32,375 nucleotides of DNA from NCBI GenBank assembly GCA_023231475.1, contig JALJEE010000712.1:62001-94375 (forward strand), read 5' to 3'. A model generated the notes under the pieces. The model was not told the DNA's origin and searched no databases. It saw only the letters and a list, made by a program, of their open reading frames with translations. This stretch comes from Seison nebaliae. Lineage: Eukaryota. The first letter of the stretch is position 1, and the number at the start of each line of letters is the position of its first letter. Made by a program: the position numbers and the translations under genes. Positions 24,134 to 32,375 of the stretch are shown here, piece after piece.

Positions 24134-25899
24134 TGTCAATGAATCAAATGAATATTCAACAACAAAATTTGCCAATGCCACAATTCAATTTGTCGACATC
24201 GTCGCCGAATATGAATAATCAAATGAATGGAATGAATCAATTTAATAATCAAAATAATTGGAATGGTATTAATAATACGATGAATGGAAACGATCCAAAT
24301 CAAATGAACAATAATCAGAATAATCCTAATAATAATATTCAATCACCATCATCAGCTACAACAATTCCAATTAATGACAATTCTAATAATCAGAATCAGA
24401 ATATGTGTATACAATCTCCTGATTCATCAATCAATTTTCCTATTTTTCCTAACAACAACAATAATAATAATAATAATAATGCTAACAATAATTTAGCGTC
24501 AATGATGCTACAAAACCAACAGCACCAACAACAACAACAATTATTTAATAATGGTATAAAATCTCCAATGATGCAACAACAACAACAACCACCGATGAAT
24601 ATGCATCAAATTTCTTCCAATCCTCCCACGAATAATAATAATAATAATAATAATAACGGTTTTGGAAATATGAAGAATGGAAATAATCGGAATGGATCGA
24701 TGATGGCACCACCACCTCCATATCCAGCCAATTTCTCACAAAATTCCAATGGGAATTTCAATGTCCAATCACCAGGTGGATCACATTGTTTTACTCCGTT
24801 GTCGAATAATGGTGGTCCGTCATCCGTCTCAACATTCCCTCCAAACATGAACAATAACAATAATAATAATGAGAATTTGATGACGAACAAAAATAATGGT
24901 GTACAAATACATGGATATGATATGCAACAACAACAACAACAACAACAACAACGACCACCATCACAGATGATGCATCAAAATGGTCCACCGTCTAATGCAT
25001 CATCAAGTATGAGAATGCCATCATCCAGTGATCAGACAGGACCATTTTCTCCAAACGCTTTCCCCGATGTCAAACAACAACAACAACAACAACAAATACC
25101 AAATTTTATGAATAATAATAATATGCCCAATGGAAATAATCAATTTTCATCAGGAACATCAATTCCAACAAATCCGATGCAAATAAATGAGAATCATTTG
25201 ATGGGACTTCAATCTAATCCTAATCTGATGATGATGAACAATCAAAACAATAATAATAATAATATTAATAATATTAATAATAATAATAATAATAATAATG
25301 TTTTAAATAATTCATTAATGATGAATCGACTTAATAGTACATCATCGAATGATATCTATTCTAATGGATCGAATATGTTCCGTTCACCAATGCCCATGCC
25401 ACCCCAACAACAACAACAACAACAGATGCAACGTCCTGCTTCCTCCTTACAATCGATGCAATCACCAACTATGCCTAATTCACCATCAACTTTCGATCCA
25501 TTATCTCAACAACAACAACATCAACAACAACCTCCATCTCAACAGTCAGATCATCAACAATCTTCTGCCACTTCCATCACCACAAATAACAATAACAATA
25601 ATAATAATCCTAAAAATAATAATCAACAAACATTTCCATCACCAAAATTAGGACCAAGAATCTTCAATGCACAAAATCGTAATGCCCCTCCAACATATAT
25701 TTGTGGTGAATGTAATAAAGAGATATTGGATAGTGACGAGTCGATAATGTGTGAGAGCGGTTGTAATTATTTCCATCATCGCACTTGTGTCAAATTGACA
25801 GAAACGGCTTTCAATTTGTTAAGGAACGAAGTTTATGTAGAATGGGCGTGTAATACATGTCTATTAACAAAACCGATTCCACCCGTCAAAATCAAATGA
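23809..25899 (+). CDS. pygo: Pygopus-like protein: long N/Q/M/P low-complexity region plus C-terminal PHD finger
   Basis: FNAQNRNAPPTYICGECNKEI...CESGCNYFHHRTCVKLTETAFNLL...EWACNTC closely follows the invertebrate Pygopus PHD. Confidence 0.85.
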
Positions 25900-26537
25900 T
25901 TTCTACAAAAACCAACATTATAACTGATCAAATGGCCATAGAACCGATTTATAGAGGAGGAAGTAGCTATCGACAAATACGAAATTGAAAAAAAAATTAT
26001 TTTTCTTCTTTCATCGTCTCCTTTCAAATTTCAAGTTTTATTCAAATACATTTCTTCTCAATTCATCTTTTCAATGACGGCAGCAAATTTATTTCATTCA
26101 TCTCCTAATTCTTTCTTATTCGATTCTTTATTCTTTCTCTCTTCAAAGAAATTTCATATTCTTCTTTTTAAAATTAATTTAATTCTTTCTTATTAAAATT
26201 TATCACACATTTCTAATTCTCATTCAATCACTCATTCTAATTGGGCCAATCGAGAATTCGGGCCAATAAATAGAAATTTATTTCTTACCATTTCGACCGG
26301 AAATGAAAGATTTCGATTCATTTATAACATTTAAAAATTAAATTAAAAATGAAATATTCATAGAATGTCATTACGAGAAAAGTTAATCTTCTTCATCGAA
26401 TATTGTTCTTCTCCTTCCATTCTTCATAAGTTCATAACGGTTTTTCTCTTATCTCATCATTGACTGATCGCTCAATTTCTTCGAAACTTAAATCGTGCTT
26501 CACAGTTAATTGAACTTAATGTGAAAAAATTTATTTT

Positions 26538-26609
26538 AGGTTCTACCGAGATTTGAACTCGGGTCACTGGATTCAGAGTCCAGAGTGCTAACCACTACAC
26601 CATAGAACC
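26538..26609 (-). tRNA. tRNA-Gln (anticodon CTG)
   Basis: GGTTCTATGGTGTAGTGGTTAGCACTCTGGACT-CTG-AATCCAGTGACCCGAGTTCAAATCTCGGTAGAACCT: paired acceptor, anticodon and T stems, A/B boxes, T6 terminator about 9 nt downstream. Confidence 0.96.
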
Positions 26610-26620
26610 ACATAGCTTTA

Positions 26621-27022
26621 ATGGGGAAAAATGATATTATTGAAGTCATTTGTGTTACTATTTTCCAAATGAGTGCTTTGTTTTTAATGTAGAATAGAAT
26701 GCAATTGATCAAGTAGATCAGTTTTGTTAAGATGTGTTATGAGTTTATCGGCAGGTTTATTTCTTTCTATTTTTCATTTATGTTGACTTGGACAGAAAGG
26801 CATAACATTTGGGAAATGTTGATGAATATGGAAAGCGGAGAGAAGTAAAAAAAACAAAATTGTTATGAAGATATTAAAAAAAATGTTCTATTTTTCTTTT
26901 TTATTCGACAGAAACATTCCAGGATTGTTGATGAGAATTGAGTTAATTTGATAGTTATCTGTTTTTCTATTTAATATTTCTTGTGTAGGAAGAGGAGGAG
27001 AAATTCTTTATTTGTTCGATGA
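26621..27022 (+). CDS. Candidate spliced micro-gene (about 65 aa, possibly secreted peptide precursor)
   Basis: Three well-formed short introns (26755-26795, 26845-26911, 26942-26988) preserve one frame; first exon and first intron uncertain. Confidence 0.3.
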
Positions 27023-27474
27023 AATATAAGGAAAAAGAAAATAGGATGAAGGTAACGATTGACGAGAGAAGAATGATTAACACATATAAGTGAAGAGTTG
27101 AACTTGTTCAAATTTTCAGCCTATTCCAAACATACGATGCTACATTGATTTATGAGACGGTTCTACTCATATTATCGTTACCTTTCCATCCATATTGGTA
27201 ATCAATGCTAATCATCAATATTGACGATTATGTCGATGATCTTGGATATTACTGATTTCATTTCATGCATTTAACTGTCTGTTTCCTTCCATCTATAAAT
27301 TAAACGTACATTTATCTAATTGGTATTTTGCGCGTATGTTTTTTCTCCCCATTTTTCCTAATAACAATATATGAGAGTGATATTCCTGTCTTACAGAATT
27401 GTGTTTTGGTGTAGAAGAATTGTGTTATTGTGTAAGTTATTGTGTTTTTGTGCAACAATTATATTGGGGTGCAG

Positions 27475-27530
27475 GTGTGTGTGTGTGTGTGTATATAAGT
27501 ATGTATGTCTCTGTGTGTATGTGTGTGTAT
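27475..27530. repeat. (GT)n-rich simple repeat
   Basis: Interrupted GT dinucleotide runs; similar tracts at about 1262-1300 and 23263-23315. Confidence 0.8.
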
Positions 27531-27769
27531 AGTTATTAAATATTTCTTAGAATATATCGAGAGGAGAAAAAGAGTAGAATTAGTAGTAGAAGGGAATGAA
27601 TCCGAAATGTTCTTGGTAATTACTTCCTCGATATTTCATTGTGTTTAAATGTTGGCGAATAATATTGATAAAGATTTTTTTATTAGAATTCTTTTTTTCT
27701 GTTGAATCTTCTAATGGAAATGATAGTATTGCTCAGATTTTGATTTCTCACGCACAACTCTAGCTCTTG

Positions 27770-27776
27770 CTCTCTC

Positions 27777-27821
<45 letters not shown>
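27770..27821. repeat. (CT)n microsatellite upstream of the Nudix gene
   Basis: Long TC dinucleotide run read directly. Confidence 0.9.
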
Positions 27822-27822
<1 letters not shown>

Positions 27823-27893
27823 GTTTTCGATCTCTGTTTGTCGGCGTCAGATCGATTTGTTGTTTGGAGTGAGCCGGCAACAAGAAGAAGAAG

Positions 27894-28842
27894 ATGAACG
27901 GGAAACAGAGTTCCAATGACAAGAAGGAGAAGAAAGAAGAAGTGGTAAAAATAAAAATTAGTGCTACCACCAATGGACCAAGCAGTGAAATGAATGATAA
28001 TGAACAGACTGAAATAGCATTGCTGTCAAGTGGAAGTGTGAGGAAGCAGACGAGAATAATAAATTCATCCGGTTATCGTCTACGTTCCGATGTACTTCTG
28101 TTAGATGAGCAACAGAAAAATGTTCAATTTTCTTTCGACTTCGACATTATTTTTATTTTTCTTTCTTTTTCTCTCACCAACTTCCCAATAACGACTAAAG
28201 ATACTTTTAGTAACTTCGAGTCGGGATAAGACCAAATGGATCGTTCCCGGTGGCGGATTAGAACCGAATGAATCGCCTCTACAGGCAGCTCATCGAGAAT
28301 TGAACGAGGAAGCCGGTGTGACTGGACGACTCTCGTTCCATTTGGGCAAATTCTATGATGACGATCGTAAAACGATTACATTCGCTTTCGTTTTTATTCT
28401 CGATCAAGTTAAATCGAAATGGCAAGATCAAAATTTTTGTAGTTAATTTCAATTTATTTTTCTTCATTTTACGTTCTCTTCTCGCCCGTCTCCATTACGG
28501 ATAGATCGACAACGTTGTTGGTTCACTATCAGGAAAGCGTATGAACAATTGATCGAAAAGAAACCGAAACAAGCTCGATATATTCCTATGATGGAGAAGA
28601 TTTGTGACGAGACTCATCTCAAATCCAAATTTTCAATGTCGCTCAAAGAGGCTGAAGATCAACTGGACAATCTGGAGAAAAATGAAATCGATTATGAGGA
28701 CAAGAAAACTTCATTATATCAGATCATTGATTCTTATCATGTCCCAAAAAATTGTATCACTAAATCTGTCGCTTCAAGATCGAATAATATACCGAATGTA
28801 TCTGGTGTAGAGAATAAGAATGAAAACAAAAACAACAAATGA
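27894..28842 (+). CDS. Diphosphoinositol polyphosphate phosphohydrolase (DIPP, NUDT3/NUDT4 family Nudix hydrolase), 3 exons
   Basis: QTRIINSSGYRLRS...|ILLVTSSRDKTKWIVPGGGLEPNESPLQAAHRELNEEAGV (intact Nudix box)...KWQDQNFC|NRQRCWFTIRKAYEQLIEKKPKQARY; the middle exon is missing from the ORF track. Confidence 0.9.
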
Positions 28843-30039
28843 ATTTCAGACGAATTTTATTAGTTTAATATCTCCTCATTCTCCTCCTCATCATCAAATT
28901 CATCCTCTTTATCCATATTATTATATTATGGTTCACTATGGTCAATGTTCTTTTCTAAAAAATTTTTCGTTTTGTATTTCTAAAATCCGTCGATCTTCAT
29001 TTACTCCATCTCACTTTCGTATTGGAAAGAAAAACGAATTTTTCTTCTGATTATTCTTCCGTTTTTTTTTTGTCGCCATTTCTTCCAATTCAATCATCAT
29101 TGACCGAACGGTCAATGTTCAAATAATCGAAAAACAAATAAAGACAGAAGAGAGGAACAGTTTCCAAATGAGTTTTCATGACTCGATGTCAATTCTTTCC
29201 CATGAACTTAAAACAACTGATCTCCAAAAGACCCAAACACATTTTCACTAGTTTATTCGAAGTTCTCATCATTTCATTCAACACTCTCAACAACGTAAAA
29301 TTTTTCCTATTGTTTTTATTGTGATGAATATTTATCTCATTCTCGTAATTTTTGATAATATTTTATTTCAAATCAGTACACAAATACACCATTATCGACT
29401 TTTTTCGCCCAAAACTTTCCTCATTTACTTCTTAATTTATCGTTAGATAATTTTGAATAAATATTATGAAATTCTTTTATATATTCTCCCTCCTCTTAAT
29501 TCCACCACGAGATACATGAATGATAAATGTAATTTTTACAAATATATTTTTCTTCAATTTTTATTTGTCTCATGAATTTGAGAAGGATAATTCGTGATTA
29601 TTATCTCATTTATTATCTTTTTCTATTAGAAATAAAATCAAACATTTTATGTATATAAGAATTTTATGGGAAAATAACCAACGAACAAACATTCTAACGA
29701 CACTCTAATCTCCCACAAATATCAGAATTCAATCGGTTCTCGAAAATCGTTCGTTTTTGGAACAACAGAATTTAAATATTTCATTCGAATGTCTCTTCGA
29801 ATTATGTTGTTTCCCCATATTACTTTGTGTCGAAACGTTTAACTTATTTATTAAACTGTTTCATTCTTTGTTTCAACTTTCATCATATAAATAATGTTCA
29901 ATATAAATTCAAATATAATGGTTATTTATTTTATTCATTTAATGCGATAAATTACCGCGGGGTAAATTAAAAACGAAAAAACTAAGCTAATGAGTTATGA
30001 AAAATAAGAGGTTTAGTCTCATCCCCATAATTATTATAA

Positions 30040-31479
30040 TCATATTAGAATTTAAACGATTTGGAGATAATTGATTATAAAGGACGTACCAAATCTGAAA
30101 AGAAAATTTGGGAATACCTTCTTTTTTTTCGTATTTCTTTAGTATAACTTTTACCGATAGCATGGTTCCCGAAGGGTTTATTCAAAAATTTTAAACAATG
30201 GCAGAGTTTATCTTCGTATCCCACTTTCAGATTTGATTATGGTCGATTAATCGAAAAATGATTGCATTGACCATATTCCATATACGGAGTATAAAGTTTG
30301 AAATTAAGTTGATATATCGATTAATTGGGACATACTTTCTCATCTCATATCTATCAACTTTTTGAACAATTTTTCTGTTAATTTCAGAACGATTTCATCA
30401 ATGTCAAAGAGGAATTCTTTCAAATTATATTGTGTATAATATTTCATTATAGTATATTAAAGTAGTAAAAGTAGAAGTAATAAAGTAGACGAGAAAATCA
30501 CTTTGGAGAAAAAACTGTCATACGTAAATATAAAGTTACTTTACACTCATAGATACACATGTCACTTCTTCAGTTATACACGTTGCATTAAATATAAAAG
30601 ATATTTTTCTGTTGAACGATTTGTTCGCAATGAACTAAAAATGCGCCAAAAAGTACTCTAGAGAGATTGTTCAATTAAAATTCGCCACGTTGCACTATGA
30701 AATGTATTGATCGATTATAAATAGAATGCAAATTCATTTACTATTTCAGTTAATATTTTTACCAAACATTTCACGTTGGAAGTAAATTTACCGATTCGAG
30801 TTGTTCGTCTTTCGACACTCGGATCAGTATGGTTTATACTGAAGGAGGAAGATAATTTTTCCGGGTATTACATGGACATTCATGTTATTCAAAGGGAAGA
30901 ATTGGATTGACATGTCCCACTACAATTCCAATGACAATTACCAGATCTTGGGAATTTAAGTAATATGCAAAATCGAGGACGTTATTGTTCAAAGAAGAAG
31001 ATGAATTTTAAAATCGTTTAAAATTTCACTTTATCATAAAAACATCATCTCAATTTTTTTTTAGATTGAATCAAAAATTTTTTCCTTCATTGAGTGTTAC
31101 AACGAGAGTAATTCATTTGGAAATTTTTAGAATATCCCAGTTCGGACTCATCATTGCCAACCAAAATTTTCCATAACATAATAATTATTCAATATTATTT
31201 ATAACTATCAAAGGAGGTTTATCATAAATAAAAAAAAACACTAATATATGTTCTAAAAACTTTATTTAATCAAAATTTTTTCTCACTATTTTCCATTTAT
31301 CCTAACTATCTTAGAGACTTTTCAGTACTAATAATGATATCAAGTTGATATTAAACCCTTCTGTTGATTCTTATGTACCTGAAATAGTAAAAAATGAACT
31401 GGTATCAGAAAGGGATCACATTATCAATAACTCATCTAAAAAGAGTTATCATTTTGTCGATTTAATTTGTAGCGTGTGA
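30040..31479 (+). pseudogene. Possible decayed or highly divergent multi-exon gene, unidentified
   Basis: Several 50-67 codon open stretches (about 30461-30661, 30750-30910, 31315-31479), some after pyrimidine-rich AG acceptors, but no continuous spliced frame found. Confidence 0.2.
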
Positions 31480-31769
31480 ATTTAATTCATTAATAAAATC
31501 AATTTCTTATTTGCTTCAAAACTAAAATTCTCACAATTAATAATAACTCGTATAATAATTCGTTTCATCTTCTAATAAAGTGCGTTTCATTAAAGTTAGG
31601 ATATGAGAATTTCCATATATTCATTCAAAGCTAATAGTTTTAGCCTCATTAATGTTTGGACAATAACATTTACAGAGTATTACATCATATAAAAATGTCT
31701 GTATGGTTGGAGATGTCTGTAAAAGAGAAAAGGTTGAAAATGATAAAAGAAATGAAAATCAACTACTTC

Positions 31770-32240
31770 CCAAATAGTACTTGGAACAAAAGAGATGTCA
31801 GACGATTAAGGTAGTCTGTGCAGCAATTTCTAAGCAAATCGATCGAAGAAGAAAGGAAAAGATTACAATTATCCTGCAACAAGATAATCGTAGCCAGAAA
31901 CATAGTAAGATTAAAGTGTAAGGCTATGAAAGTGAAAAATAAGCCCTATCTTTCTCATTTGCACAAATGAGAGCGCGTCTGAATAGCTACGAACTATCTT
32001 GAAAACGCACCCAATTGGAACCATGTCATCTTCATGGATGAAAAGAAATTCAACGTTAACGAACCCGAGGGAATTGAATTCATTTGGTATGAAGAAGGAG
32101 AACGTGAGAGAGTTGAGTACCAAGAATACGTCAAACAGCATGAATACGAAAGTTAATTATGATTTGGGGAACATTTTCTATGCAATGAACTTTAAAATTG
32201 TGCAGAGTATCGTAAAGAATAAATTTTGGTGATTACTAGT
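31770..32240 (+). mobile_element. Degenerate Tc1/Tc3-like DNA transposase fragment
   Basis: Frame with internal stops: RDVRRLR*...KRLQLSCNKIIVARNI...KPYLSHLHK*ERV*IA...NWNHVIFMDEKKFNVNEPEG...W, then after a frameshift MIWGTFS...RINFGDY*; matches the Tc3-type HTH, VIFSDEKKFNLDGPDG and VMVWGAF motifs. No terminal inverted repeats identified. Confidence 0.85.
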
Positions 32241-32375
32241 GCTGTGATTATGATCCGTGAGTCCAAAGTGAAAAAACTCGAGTCCTCTATACATCATGGA
32301 AAAAAAAATCCAGACATGATAAGAGTCCTATACATACAAAGCTCGAGCCAAGCTATTAGCCAGGCTCATGCTTTG

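Noticed and set aside
23809..26609. tRNA-Gln adjacent to the poly-Q Pygopus gene as a functional link
   Set aside because: Poly-Q tracts use mostly CAA while the tRNA reads CAG, and genomic proximity does not affect cytoplasmic supply.
27683..27973. Minus-strand ORF with RERERE
   Set aside because: Product of the (CT)n microsatellite.
29098..29117. Inverted repeat CATTGACCG-AA-CGGTCAATG
   Set aside because: Single short hairpin, not enough to call an ncRNA or element end.
31911..32232. Track ORFs 31911-32141 and 31999-32232
   Set aside because: Off-frame or antisense to the transposase relic.
1..32375. Alternative genetic code or non-GT-AG introns as cause of ORF fragmentation
   Set aside because: All conserved genes are restored with the standard code and GT-AG introns.

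Overview
AT-rich, gene-dense eukaryotic (animal-like) DNA, standard genetic code, with tiny introns (about 40-80 nt), so the supplied ORF track fragments most genes. Manual splicing recovers, in order: 5' end of a PTB-domain (RABGAP1-like) gene (-), EFHC2 (-), a shortened gamma-tubulin complex subunit of GCP6 type (+), calreticulin (-), an orphan Lys-repeat protein (+), a divergent PDK1-type kinase-PH gene (+), a HIP14/ZDHHC17-type ankyrin protein that has lost its DHHC motif (-), CFAP52 (+), a secreted trypsin-like protease with a Cys-rich N-terminal module (+), an N/Q-rich Pygopus (+), tRNA-Gln(CTG) (-), a candidate spliced micro-gene (+), a DIPP/NUDT3-type Nudix hydrolase (+), an unresolved decayed coding-like region and a Tc1/Tc3-like transposase relic. 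The most striking signal is splice-site grammar: 34 of 37 introns I inferred in recognisable genes start GTT, with little -1G or +5G, instead of the usual GTRAG. All family assignments are from remembered motifs, not database searches; the organism cannot be determined from the window.
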